In this document: positions 19,800 through 29,196 of the stretch, piece by piece
How positions within the stretch are numbered: the stretch's first letter is position 1
How the letters are laid out: each line of letters begins with the position of its first letter
DNA from: Candidatus Enterousia sp.
GTDB lineage: Bacteria; Pseudomonadota; Alphaproteobacteria; Rs-D84
Assembly: GCA_045616625.1 (NCBI GenBank)
Contig: JAZLHA010000012.1
Location: forward strand, 111,249-175,248
DNA length: 64,000 nucleotides
Direction of reading: 5' to 3'
Notes under the pieces: generated by a model
Seen by the model: the letters and a program-made list of their open reading frames with translations, nothing else
The model's database searches: none
What the model was told of the DNA's origin: nothing
Position numbers and translations under genes: made by a program

Positions 19800-19813
19800 T
19801 ACTATATTTCGCT
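19603..19813. repeat. direct repeat copy 2 (matches 18406-18622)
   Basis: See copy 1. Confidence 0.7.
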
Positions 19814-19827
19814 TTTATTCTAAAAAC

Positions 19828-19918
19828 CACAGTGATATACAGTGATAGTGCAGTGATGCACGTATCACCGCAGACTAAAATTTCTATCACTGCACATCAG
19901 CACCTGTATCACTGCAAG
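19828..19918. repeat. array of six CAGTGAT / ATCACTG motifs (three direct, three inverted) forming nested palindromes
   Basis: aCAGTGATat aCAGTGATag tgCAGTGATgcacgtATCACcgcag ... tATCACTGca ... tATCACTGca, read directly from the sequence. Confidence 0.6.
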
Positions 19919-20216
19919 ATTTAGAATTTTCACCCTCTCGTTCTGTGGCATATTCTTGTTCGTCTTTTACTATTCTATCAGTTTTATTAGCAAAAGCAAT
20001 GTCATCTTCAGCAATAAACCCTATATCTTCGTCATTAAAACATTCATCATAATTAGCAGACATTTGATAATCCGGAGATGCACATTTATACAACAAAGCA
20101 TTTTGAACATCTTTGACCTTATTATACGTATTTTCAATTTTCTGAATTTCGTGTAATGCAGCCAAACGTTCTTTTAACGATTGTTCCGGATCAAATGCAC
20201 ATTCACACAATTTCAT
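19887..20216 (-). CDS. hypothetical acidic protein (109 aa); 3' end overlaps the motif array
   Basis: ORF only; no motif recognised. Confidence 0.25.
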   Translation of the reverse strand: MKLCECAFDPEQSLKERLAALHEIQKIENTYNKVKDVQNALLYKCASPDYQMSANYDECFNDEDIGFIAEDDIAFANKTDRIVKDEQEYATEREGENSKSCSDTGADVQ

Positions 20217-20225
20217 ATAAATATT

Positions 20226-20423
20226 CTAAACCGGATCATAGCCAACAGGATATTGTTTTGCAATATAATTCTTGGCCGCATCTAAAGCCAACTTATTATC
20301 TTCGGCAGCACCGTATTGTTTAGCATGTGCAAACCCACCAAGACGTTGTATGTATTTTGCCTGTTCTGGTTCCATTTTATTAAATGGTTTTAACCCAGAA
20401 GTATTTGGATGTTTATTTGCCAT
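20226..20423 (-). CDS. hypothetical small protein (65 aa)
   Basis: ORF MANKHPNTSGLKPFNKMEPEQAKYIQRLGGFAHAKQYG...; no confident family. Confidence 0.3.
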   Translation of the reverse strand: MANKHPNTSGLKPFNKMEPEQAKYIQRLGGFAHAKQYGAAEDNKLALDAAKNYIAKQYPVGYDPV

Positions 20424-20699
20424 AATATATCCTTTTGTTCTTTTCTATTTATTCAATAAAAAAAGGAAAAATTAACACACCATTTTAGGCGTATAATTTT
20501 TCCTTCCTTTCTATTTATTTTGAGTATATTGAAACAAAAAAATAAATGCAAGAGAAAAAATCTATAAACATTTTATCTTCAAAAGAAGCTCCTTTGGATA
20601 ATTTCAGATGATCTTGCCAAATATATAAAATATATTTATTAGGATGTTTTTTTACATGTTCATCTAATATTTATACCTATCTAATTCTTTTTTCCTTAC

Positions 20700-20990
20700 T
20701 TAATTTTTATACCAATAATATACAATCCCATGTTCTTGACACCATTTTATAACGCGTTCATAATCTGAACGAATTAGTAAAAAAATCCATATCATCATCC
20801 CACGGTATAAAGCCATTATTACGAACGGCACACAACATATTACCAACAAACAAAATTGATTTTATATTCTTGATTTCCTTAAAAAATTCATCGAAATCTT
20901 TAACAAGATTTAATTGATATTACCGCAATTCCCCTATTGCTGGTTTTATTACACTAGGTTCAACATGCGTTTTAATATATTAAAACAAAG
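20700..20990 (-). pseudogene. licD: decayed licD (LicD-family phosphocholine/phospho-alcohol transferase) with frameshift and premature stop
   Basis: Minus-strand translation gives ...LVKDFDEFFKEIKNIKSILFVGNMLCAVRNNGFIPWDDDMDFFT (the LicD GxLLGAVRxxGFIPWDDDiD signature). It is then frame-shifted to ...SDYERVIKWCQEHGIVYYWYKN followed by a stop. No ORF of 60 aa or more remains. Confidence 0.45.
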
Positions 20991-21034
20991 ATTAAGAACA
21001 ATGAATATTTGCTGGACATAATAAAAGACTATCA

Positions 21035-21913
21035 CTAGCAGAATTTTTCTTCTATACTTGCATTTATTTTTTTTGTTAATTTCATAGCACCATTTTCATT
21101 TAAATGTCTAGTATCTTCAAAATCATTATCATTAAAATCTTTATCTGCAAGAAAGTTTAATACTTTAACATCTGTCTTTTTCGTTAAATCATAGACCCAT
21201 TTATAAAAACGATTAATATCTAAAATACAATTTAAATAATCAGACCGATATGGTGCAAATACTATATACAATTTATGTTTATGTTCTTTTGCTAACTTTA
21301 TAAAATCTTTTACAAACTCACACTGAGTAGCTTTTTGATTATAATGTATTTGTTTTGCTACAAGTTCTGTGGTTGGCAAAACCTCTTTATAACACATGTT
21401 TCTGAGACTTTTTCCATAATAATTATTATCTGCTTTAGTATTAATAACTTTATTAATATAATGTCCTACAAAAGAATCTAATTTTTCGTCGCACCAACCA
21501 GACCGATATGGAATATTAAAAAGATATTTATATTGTATACATTTAAAAGATTCACCAGACGATTTTTCCAAATCAAATCCAGGTGACCATAAATCAACAA
21601 ATAATATAACATTTTTAATCACAGAAGATTTATTTATACACCATTTATATAACATATAACTTCTATATAAATCTTGGGAAGATTCACCAAAATTGAAACT
21701 CTCGGGATCTGGATTAAAACCATCTCGGGCTATAGAAGAGCCCAATATTATTGTTTTTACTATTTTAGTGTGTATAAGAAAACTATCGTGTTTTTTAATA
21801 ATTGGCTCATAAAAATTTAACGACCTTCTACTAAAATAACTAAAAATCTTTATACCACAAAACAGAAAATTTCTGCGTCCATTTGAGAATCTTTCTTTTC
21901 TAAATATTTTCAC
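21035..21913 (-). CDS. SGNH/GDSL-type hydrolase (putative polysaccharide O-acetyl esterase/transferase)
   Basis: IILGSSIARDGF (GDS-like block I) and a C-terminal DTRHLNENG (DxxH block V). Confidence 0.45.
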   Translation of the reverse strand: MKIFRKERFSNGRRNFLFCGIKIFSYFSRRSLNFYEPIIKKHDSFLIHTKIVKTIILGSSIARDGFNPDPESFNFGESSQDLYRSYMLYKWCINKSSVIKNVILFVDLWSPGFDLEKSSGESFKCIQYKYLFNIPYRSGWCDEKLDSFVGHYINKVINTKADNNYYGKSLRNMCYKEVLPTTELVAKQIHYNQKATQCEFVKDFIKLAKEHKHKLYIVFAPYRSDYLNCILDINRFYKWVYDLTKKTDVKVLNFLADKDFNDNDFEDTRHLNENGAMKLTKKINASIEEKFC

Positions 21914-21934
21914 AATTATTTTTCCTTTTATTTT

Positions 21935-22858
21935 TTATTTTGAATAATTCTTATAACTAAAAATCCTTATTCCAAACAAATAAACATATACATGTCCATT
22001 ATCATGATACCATTTATAAAACAAACGGTGTCTCCAAGGATATAGTTCTGGATACATAATATTTACATATCTCAAAAATTTTCCACGTTTTCGCCTATTA
22101 GATACATAAGTTGATTCAGATTTGATAGCCCCACGAAACACCCATAACCAATCATGAAGATATATATCAAATATATTTCTTTTTTCTAGATTAAATTTAA
22201 CCGCATCCATCGCCTTGCAAATATTATAACACTTTGTTCCTCTATTTTCACTAATCTGACCAGGAACATTTGTATTATAATGATAGAAACATTTGTTTAT
22301 TTTTACAACTTTCGTTGCATACGCTAAACAGGTATAAGAAAAACACACATCATTACAAGAAGATAAATCTTGAAATCTTATATAATTATTGTTTATCAAT
22401 TTACGTCTAACCATTTTAGTGCTATCACCAGGATTAGTAATTTTAAAAGGAATAATATTTTCATACAATTCTATTGTTCCGTCATCTTTACCGCCATATA
22501 TATTAAAAATCACTATATCTGGTTTATACGAATTGGCCAATTTAATTAAATTCTCATATAAATTTCTATCAACCACATCATCAGAAGCCATTATTAATAT
22601 AAAATCACCAATAGCCATTTCCAAACCAACATTTCTCGCATTAGCCGCACCTATATGTAGCATATTTATATACTTTATTCTATCGTCAAAATAAGATTTG
22701 ACCACACCCGTAATATCATTTTTTGTAGAACCATCATTCACAATTATCAATTCAAAATTTTTAAATGTTTGATTTAATACAGATTCTATTGCTGGTCTAA
22801 AAAAATTCTCTGGAGTATTATAAACCGGCATTATAACTGATATTTTCGGTGTCTCCAT
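21935..22858 (-). CDS. glycosyltransferase family 2
   Basis: ISVIMPVYNTPENFFRPAIESVLNQTF...LIIVNDGST. Confidence 0.75.
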   Translation of the reverse strand: METPKISVIMPVYNTPENFFRPAIESVLNQTFKNFELIIVNDGSTKNDITGVVKSYFDDRIKYINMLHIGAANARNVGLEMAIGDFILIMASDDVVDRNLYENLIKLANSYKPDIVIFNIYGGKDDGTIELYENIIPFKITNPGDSTKMVRRKLINNNYIRFQDLSSCNDVCFSYTCLAYATKVVKINKCFYHYNTNVPGQISENRGTKCYNICKAMDAVKFNLEKRNIFDIYLHDWLWVFRGAIKSESTYVSNRRKRGKFLRYVNIMYPELYPWRHRLFYKWYHDNGHVYVYLFGIRIFSYKNYSK

Positions 22859-22891
22859 TACTTAACCCTTTGTTTGTGATGATGATATTGG

Positions 22892-23665
22892 CTACATTTC
22901 GTCCCTTATAAACTGTTTTATCTTACCGCGACGTTTACTAAATGGTAAAAACAAAACTATTACATCCGATATGATTCTTAGTATACGTTTTTTTACCGTG
23001 TGTTTTAATTTATATTGCTTAAATATTGGTAAAACACGTTCCTGACACCCCTGGGTTGTTGGGTAACCCTTATCATCAAATTCCAATGTATGAGCGTTAT
23101 ATTTTACTATATTATCAGATATTTGCTTCTTTATTGGATTTATAATATTTTCAGTGTGTTCAATTATCAGAAAATCTATTTTTTTACCAAATTTATCACA
23201 AATACGTTTATTTGAATCTAACAAAACACTGTCTGGGGTGTCATGATAGTGAGAAAACCAAACCAACAACACCTTATTAGCTTTATATATCTTGTGATAA
23301 AATCTGTTTATACGACGCATATACTTTGCATAAACCGATAAAAAAGATTTTTCAAACAATACGCCAGTTGGAAAATCATGATAATAATAAAATTTATTAC
23401 GTATATTTTGATAGTAATCACATGTATCATCATTATGCATACAAGGATCCTTTGCCAAAGATAAAATATCTTCTTGATTTAAAAAATCTTTAAAATCGTT
23501 AATAATTAAATTTATACGTGTCTCAAAATCAGCATTGGTCAACCAATCAAACGGTCCAGAACAAGAACGTAAATCTGCCTGTTTCATATACATAGAACAC
23601 GCACAATCTCTACCTATAGAATAAATAATATCATACTTTTGTTTCATTTTTTTAATCCGGAGCAA
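22892..23665 (-). CDS. DUF1796-family protein, paralog C (more divergent)
   Basis: YDIIYSIGRDCACS...GPFDW...YYYHDFP. Confidence 0.5.
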   Translation of the reverse strand: MLRIKKMKQKYDIIYSIGRDCACSMYMKQADLRSCSGPFDWLTNADFETRINLIINDFKDFLNQEDILSLAKDPCMHNDDTCDYYQNIRNKFYYYHDFPTGVLFEKSFLSVYAKYMRRINRFYHKIYKANKVLLVWFSHYHDTPDSVLLDSNKRICDKFGKKIDFLIIEHTENIINPIKKQISDNIVKYNAHTLEFDDKGYPTTQGCQERVLPIFKQYKLKHTVKKRILRIISDVIVLFLPFSKRRGKIKQFIRDEM

Positions 23666-24533
23666 AAAAATTTATTGCAGATTTCATATCGTCTGCACGA
23701 ATATTTTTCATATACCAATCATACGATTTCGCAATATGTCCCATATCAAGCGCCCAATAACCCATTTTTGTTAAATCATATACTAATACTTTGGCTGTTG
23801 GTCCACAAATTGTTATTATTATCTTTTTTGTATCAGATTTTTTTATTTTTGCTAACAAATTATCATACTCATCAAATGCATCCGTAGCACTGGTATAAAT
23901 ATAATCAACAGATTTTGCATTATCAAAAATACTATGTGTTATATTATCAAATACAGAGCGACCACATATAATAACAACATCTTTTTTTTCCCATATTTTA
24001 CGAATCTTCTCAAAATATGTATTTATATCATAATTTTTGAAATATGTATATGCAAGTGTCATTTCAGCAGCATAATAGGTTCTCTTCATATCAATATACG
24101 GTAAAATTTGCTTTCTAAACGACGGTCCATAGCGACGCCAAAAGTTTTTATTTACATCTGATAAATTTGATTTATCAAACCACATTGCCCTAACAATCGC
24201 TACTTTTAAAGTATCTATATCAGAATTAAAAACCTCTATCAATCTTTTCTGTAGTTTTTTATTATGCTTTTGGAATGGGATACTGTTTCCACGCATTAAT
24301 TGAAATTCACCATCGCCGAAACGCGCAACGCTATAATGGTGTTTTAAAATATCATCGATTGATTCGTCTACTGTTTTTATCTTGGGTTTATATGGTGCAT
24401 CATCAAATAATTCATACTTAAAATTATCCAATAAATTATCATAATTTTTCAGAAACCCGCTATCAGAAAAAAAATCTTCTAAATTATTTTTTCTTAACAC
24501 CACCAAATTTCTCAAAATATTACGTAAAGACAT
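23652..24533 (-). CDS. putative GT-D/DUF1792-like glycosyltransferase
   Basis: N-terminal ...YSVARFGDGEFQLM..., resembling the DUF1792 ARFGDGE signature. Identification tentative. Confidence 0.4.
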   Translation of the reverse strand: MSLRNILRNLVVLRKNNLEDFFSDSGFLKNYDNLLDNFKYELFDDAPYKPKIKTVDESIDDILKHHYSVARFGDGEFQLMRGNSIPFQKHNKKLQKRLIEVFNSDIDTLKVAIVRAMWFDKSNLSDVNKNFWRRYGPSFRKQILPYIDMKRTYYAAEMTLAYTYFKNYDINTYFEKIRKIWEKKDVVIICGRSVFDNITHSIFDNAKSVDYIYTSATDAFDEYDNLLAKIKKSDTKKIIITICGPTAKVLVYDLTKMGYWALDMGHIAKSYDWYMKNIRADDMKSAINFFAPD

Positions 24534-24534
24534 T

Positions 24535-25524
24535 TTAACACCCTTTTAAAGTAAATATTGGCAAAAACCCAAACAGTAAAACACGATTCTTTTTCATTTT
24601 TAACAAAGGTATCAAACCAAACAAATAAAACCATGTTTTTTTCTGTTCATATCCATATTTTCTGAATAATTTAATCATAAAATCACCAAAAAACTCAGAT
24701 TTTTGTGCGTACTGCCAAAATTTATAATAACTGGGCAAATGGTCCGTTGACATAGAATTTATACTGTTATTTGGTTTTTCTGAACCAATAAAATGCCGAA
24801 CAACCATATTTGGTATAGTTTTATTATATTCATCTTGTGTTTCAAAACTATTTGCATTACAACACGTCACATTAAATTTTTGATCTAACGTTTTATAATT
24901 ATTCTCAAAATACTTATTCAAAATATCTTGATCCGCACATAAATGTTTCGGATATTTTTGTTCTATTTCGAAAAACGCATTTGGTAATTTTTTATCGGCA
25001 CGTAATTTTTTGCAATCCATCAACAAAACCCCTGCATTAAAATAAACATGTTTTTCATCCAGCCCCAACAAAGAATAAAACTTTTTCTTTAAATCATCGC
25101 CTATTTCAATGGCTTTTGCAGCACCTATCGCAAATTTACACAAATCTTGCGTATACAATTTTAATATATCATCCATTAAAATAACATCGCCGTCAATCCA
25201 TATGGCACGATCTATTTTTGGTTTTAACCATGGAATCAAAAGACGCACAAAAGTGGTTCTGGACACATGTTGCCAGGTTTTAAAATTAGAAAAATATTTA
25301 TCAACATCAACATCTATAAACTCTATTGTTGCGTTTTTATATTTTGAAACCGTGTTCTTTATTTTTTTACAACTTTCTTCGCTGATAGCATTGTTTATAA
25401 AAAACAGACTTACATTTGATTTTGTGTTTTCAAGTATACTTATAATTGCAACATCCGTTATAGACACATAATTTTCATCAGATGCCATAAAAATATTTAT
25501 ATTATCTATTTTCTTGTTTACCAT
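24535..25524 (-). CDS. glycosyltransferase family 8
   Basis: NIFMASDENYVSITDVAIISIL...WIDGDVI...FNAGVLLMD, GT8 blocks. Confidence 0.7.
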   Translation of the reverse strand: MVNKKIDNINIFMASDENYVSITDVAIISILENTKSNVSLFFINNAISEESCKKIKNTVSKYKNATIEFIDVDVDKYFSNFKTWQHVSRTTFVRLLIPWLKPKIDRAIWIDGDVILMDDILKLYTQDLCKFAIGAAKAIEIGDDLKKKFYSLLGLDEKHVYFNAGVLLMDCKKLRADKKLPNAFFEIEQKYPKHLCADQDILNKYFENNYKTLDQKFNVTCCNANSFETQDEYNKTIPNMVVRHFIGSEKPNNSINSMSTDHLPSYYKFWQYAQKSEFFGDFMIKLFRKYGYEQKKTWFYLFGLIPLLKMKKNRVLLFGFLPIFTLKGC

Positions 25525-25534
25525 TTGTTTTATC

Positions 25535-26359
25535 CTAACTCACTTTTAATATTGGCAGACATTCAAACAACCAAAACCAGCCACGTTTAATCTTAAACAA
25601 TGGTATTATTCCAAACAGCCGCACACGTAATTTCACATCACGGTTTTTAGAACAAAAATAAGGATGATCCGCACAACATTCCCCACGAACCAACGAATGC
25701 GCATAATCTAATTTTGCACGGTTAGTAGTGGTTGTATTTATTACAGAATCACGATAATTCAATAAAACCATCGGAATATTATACATATGCGTGACGTCCA
25801 TCAGACGTGTAAAAATCCTATAATCTTCGGCAGGTGAATAATATTGTTCATAATGAATATTGTTTTCAATCAAGACCGAACGACGCATCATACATACAGA
25901 ATGAACAATGCAACAACTTTCTGTTAGTCCTATTTTTATATCAACATCATTTTCTGGCGATTTAGATATAAAATCATTCTGACCAAATACATGCGACCAA
26001 GCAGACACCAAACCAACGTCTGGGTTTTTATCCAAATAATTTACCTCTTTTTCTAACCTATTTGGCAACGATATATCATCATGATCAAATATAGCCAAAT
26101 ATTCACCACGTGCCATTTCAATCAATTTATTACGTGATGCAGATATACCAAGATTTATATCGTTTTTATGATATTTAACACGTTTATCTTTCTTTGCATA
26201 GGCTTTTACTATTTGCTCTATCTCGTTATTATCGGGACTATCATTAAGAATTAGAAACTCAAAATCAGTAAATGTTTGTTTTAATATAGATTCTATTGCT
26301 TCACGCAGATATTTTGGATTTGTGTTATATATCGGCGTTAATACAGATACTTTTGGCAT
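25535..26359 (-). CDS. glycosyltransferase family 2
   Basis: VSVLTPIYNTNPKYLREAIESILKQTF...LILNDSPD. Confidence 0.75.
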   Translation of the reverse strand: MPKVSVLTPIYNTNPKYLREAIESILKQTFTDFEFLILNDSPDNNEIEQIVKAYAKKDKRVKYHKNDINLGISASRNKLIEMARGEYLAIFDHDDISLPNRLEKEVNYLDKNPDVGLVSAWSHVFGQNDFISKSPENDVDIKIGLTESCCIVHSVCMMRRSVLIENNIHYEQYYSPAEDYRIFTRLMDVTHMYNIPMVLLNYRDSVINTTTTNRAKLDYAHSLVRGECCADHPYFCSKNRDVKLRVRLFGIIPLFKIKRGWFWLFECLPILKVS

Positions 26360-26484
26360 TTTTTAATCCTTGTCTTTCACAGATACTAGCAAAAAGGCAC
26401 CCTGTTTTCAATCATTTTTTGCCGGATTAGACTATATTTATTTTTTATTACAAAAAGTCTTTTTTTGCTTATAATACTGTAAGA

Positions 26485-27324
26485 ATGTCAAAACGATTGT
26501 TTTTATTTGCAGGATACGACAAAGACGGCATAGTTGATGATGCCTTGGTTTATTATGTAAAATCGCTATCTGAATTAGGCAATGTAATTTTTGTTGGCGA
26601 TTCTGATTTTTCAAATAAAGAATTAAATAAAATCAAACCATATACAATTTATGCGGCCGGAAAACGCCATGGCGAATATGATTTTGGATCATATAAACGT
26701 GCATACCAATATGCAGATAATAAAAAACTATTTTCAAAATATGATTATATCTATATGGTAAACGATTCTGTATATGGTCCGACATTTGATTTAGAGACAA
26801 CCTTACAGAAAATGGAATCTTTTGGAACAGGTGCATTTGGATTAATTAAAAGTACACATAAAATATATGCGCCAATTGAATCATGGTTTGTTGGCACACA
26901 AACACAAATAGCAACAACAAAATGGTTTAAAGAATTTATTACAAATGTAAAAGCACAAAAAACAAAAGCACAGGTCACAATAGAATATGAAAACGGTTTA
27001 ACAGATTTATTTAATCAGCATAACATATCATGGCATTGTATGATAACGGTTCGTGGGCGCGGAACATATAACAAAGTTAAAAAATTATTTAAACAAGGAT
27101 GTCCGTTTATAAAAAAATCATCATTTATTCGTCACAATGGTGCGCTGGGCCATCAAATTTTATATGTATTAAACCGAACGCAAGCACAAGATGTTATTTT
27201 ATCAAGTACCAATCGTATATACGGCACAAAATATATGAATTGGTTATTAACAAACAATCCAATAAAAATTTTATACAGGAATATAACATACGTAATAACC
27301 AAACTAAGAAACGGTGGAATATGA
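26485..27324 (+). CDS. RgpF-like (rhamnan synthesis protein F family) glycosyltransferase
   Basis: N-terminal LFLFAGYDKDGIVDDALVYYVKSL, resembling the RgpF signature. Confidence 0.55.
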   Translation: MSKRLFLFAGYDKDGIVDDALVYYVKSLSELGNVIFVGDSDFSNKELNKIKPYTIYAAGKRHGEYDFGSYKRAYQYADNKKLFSKYDYIYMVNDSVYGPTFDLETTLQKMESFGTGAFGLIKSTHKIYAPIESWFVGTQTQIATTKWFKEFITNVKAQKTKAQVTIEYENGLTDLFNQHNISWHCMITVRGRGTYNKVKKLFKQGCPFIKKSSFIRHNGALGHQILYVLNRTQAQDVILSSTNRIYGTKYMNWLLTNNPIKILYRNITYVITKLRNGGI

Positions 27325-28160
27325 AAAAAGAAAACAAAAAAATTGCAGTTATAACAATGGCGCGGGGTGACGAATTCTTTCTACGTCGTTGGATTGCATA
27401 TTATGGAAAAAATTTTGGTACCGAAAACCTGTATATTATTCTGGATGGGATTGACCAAAAAAAACCTGAAAACGCTGGTCGTGCACACATTACAAAAATA
27501 CCACATACCGATATGTCACGTAGCACTGGCGACAAATATAGAATTGGAAAATTAAACGAACTTGCACACAAACTGTTAAAAACCTATGATATTATAATTG
27601 GTTGTGATAGCGATGAATTTTTAATTGTTGACCCAAAGACACACAAAACATTATCTGAATATTTATCAAACAAAAAAATAAAAAATACTCTATCAGGTCT
27701 GGGATTGGACATCGGACAAAATATGAAAACAGAATCCGCCCTGGATACAGATGCCCCACTATTAGAACAAAGGGGATACGCCCTACTATCTACACGATAT
27801 ACAAAATCGGTTGTAATAAACAAACCTGTATTTTGGGGGAGTGGTTTTCACAGTATAAAACATCATAATTTTCACATAGATAAAAATCTATACTTATTAC
27901 ATTTTGGCTCGGTTGATATGAATATGCTAATTGAAAAGGCACAAAGACGCGGATCTGATTGGATAAACCATTTAAAACGTCGTGGCAACGGAACAATAAA
28001 TGCCGTCACCAATAAAAAAACAAAATCTGAAAAATGGTTAAAGATAGCGCAGATATTACAAACATATCTGCGTCCGATATATGCCCCACGAAAACCCGCA
28101 ATGTTGGGATTAAGTGTAGTAATCAAAATTCCAAAAAGATTTAAAGCAATAAATATATAG
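27321..28160 (+). CDS. GT2-like glycosyltransferase (Glyco_tranf_2_4-like)
   Basis: ATG at 27321 overlaps the upstream stop (ATGA). IAVITMARGDEFFLRRWIAYYG...ILDGIDQ. The 27099 start in the ORF track lies inside the upstream gene and is rejected. Confidence 0.5.
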   Translation: MKKENKKIAVITMARGDEFFLRRWIAYYGKNFGTENLYIILDGIDQKKPENAGRAHITKIPHTDMSRSTGDKYRIGKLNELAHKLLKTYDIIIGCDSDEFLIVDPKTHKTLSEYLSNKKIKNTLSGLGLDIGQNMKTESALDTDAPLLEQRGYALLSTRYTKSVVINKPVFWGSGFHSIKHHNFHIDKNLYLLHFGSVDMNMLIEKAQRRGSDWINHLKRRGNGTINAVTNKKTKSEKWLKIAQILQTYLRPIYAPRKPAMLGLSVVIKIPKRFKAINI

Positions 28161-29189
28161 TTATTTATTATTTATAAATATATATATCTGCTGTGCTAAT
28201 TGGCACCATTGATTTGGTACGACGTCAAACATGCCCATATCAAACATTTCACAAAATTCATGACGAATCATATTAAGATCTTGTTTATCCGATATATATT
28301 TTAATTTAGTGAATGCTTTATTGATAAAAAACCATAAAAAATTTTCAGTCCATTGTTTCATTTGATATGCAGATGCATTTTTAACATACAATTTATAAAT
28401 ATATTTAAGCCCAACACACAAATCGTTTATTCGCTTTAATTGTTTTGAAGTAAATACCGCCCCAGAAAAATTAGGAATATAAAAATACAACGGCAAAGGC
28501 ATAATAGTAACCCGTGGATTTTTTAATAAAACTTCTGACCACCAGATAAAATCTTCGAATATTACCATATCTTTAAAAGACACATCAGATATTAAATCAT
28601 AACGATATAAGTTTTTCCATGTTTGACAATGTTTAATTAACCATTTGCGTTTTGTATTAAATTTATTATGCGAACTTTCAGTAGCATATTCAAAAACATT
28701 GTTAGTTGTTAATGTTTTTATTTTATTCACAGAATATTTTTTACGCATAGCCCAAGGAATAATATTATTAGTATTTATACCCAACATATGACGAATTATC
28801 AACCGTGGACGATAAACTCTATCATATGTAAACGACACAATGTCAGATTTGTGACGCACAGCCATTTTATAAGCAAGTTCCATTGTTTGAGGATGCAAGA
28901 AATCATCACTATCAATAAACATAACATATTTACCAGTTGCCCGTTTTATTCCATCATTACGGGCAGCAGACACACCAGCATTCTTTTTATGGATAACAAT
29001 AAATCGTTTGTCGCGCGCTGCATATTCATCAGCAATTTTCCCAGAATTATCAGGTGAACCATCATCAATACAAATAGCATTCCAATCTTTAAAAGTTTGA
29101 TTTTTAACAGAATCCAAACACCGACGCAGATATTTTTCAACCTTATATATTGGAATAATTATTGAAATTTTTGGCATATTTTTCCCCAT
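28161..29189 (-). CDS. glycosyltransferase family 2 (tandem paralog 1)
   Basis: KISIIIPIYKVEKYLRRCLDSVKNQTF...CIDDGSPD. The N-terminal ~86 aa are identical to the neighbouring gene. Confidence 0.75.
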   Translation of the reverse strand: MGKNMPKISIIIPIYKVEKYLRRCLDSVKNQTFKDWNAICIDDGSPDNSGKIADEYAARDKRFIVIHKKNAGVSAARNDGIKRATGKYVMFIDSDDFLHPQTMELAYKMAVRHKSDIVSFTYDRVYRPRLIIRHMLGINTNNIIPWAMRKKYSVNKIKTLTTNNVFEYATESSHNKFNTKRKWLIKHCQTWKNLYRYDLISDVSFKDMVIFEDFIWWSEVLLKNPRVTIMPLPLYFYIPNFSGAVFTSKQLKRINDLCVGLKYIYKLYVKNASAYQMKQWTENFLWFFINKAFTKLKYISDKQDLNMIRHEFCEMFDMGMFDVVPNQWCQLAQQIYIFINNK

Positions 29190-29196
29190 AATTTTA

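Noticed and set aside
19828-19918. CAGTGAT repeat cluster considered as a CRISPR array
   Set aside because: The units are 7-10 bp with irregular 3-20 bp spacing and mixed orientation. There are no 25-40 bp repeats with uniform spacers and no cas genes.
20430-21030. AT-rich 600-bp non-coding stretch considered as an inserted mobile element or promoter island
   Set aside because: No terminal inverted repeats or transposase were found. The minus strand instead carries a recognisable but broken LicD reading frame, so it is better explained as a decaying gene.
27099-27320. Upstream start (27099) for the GT2-like gene given in the ORF track
   Set aside because: That extension lies entirely within the RgpF-like gene in another frame. 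The ATG at 27321 overlaps the upstream stop (ATGA) and is the natural start.
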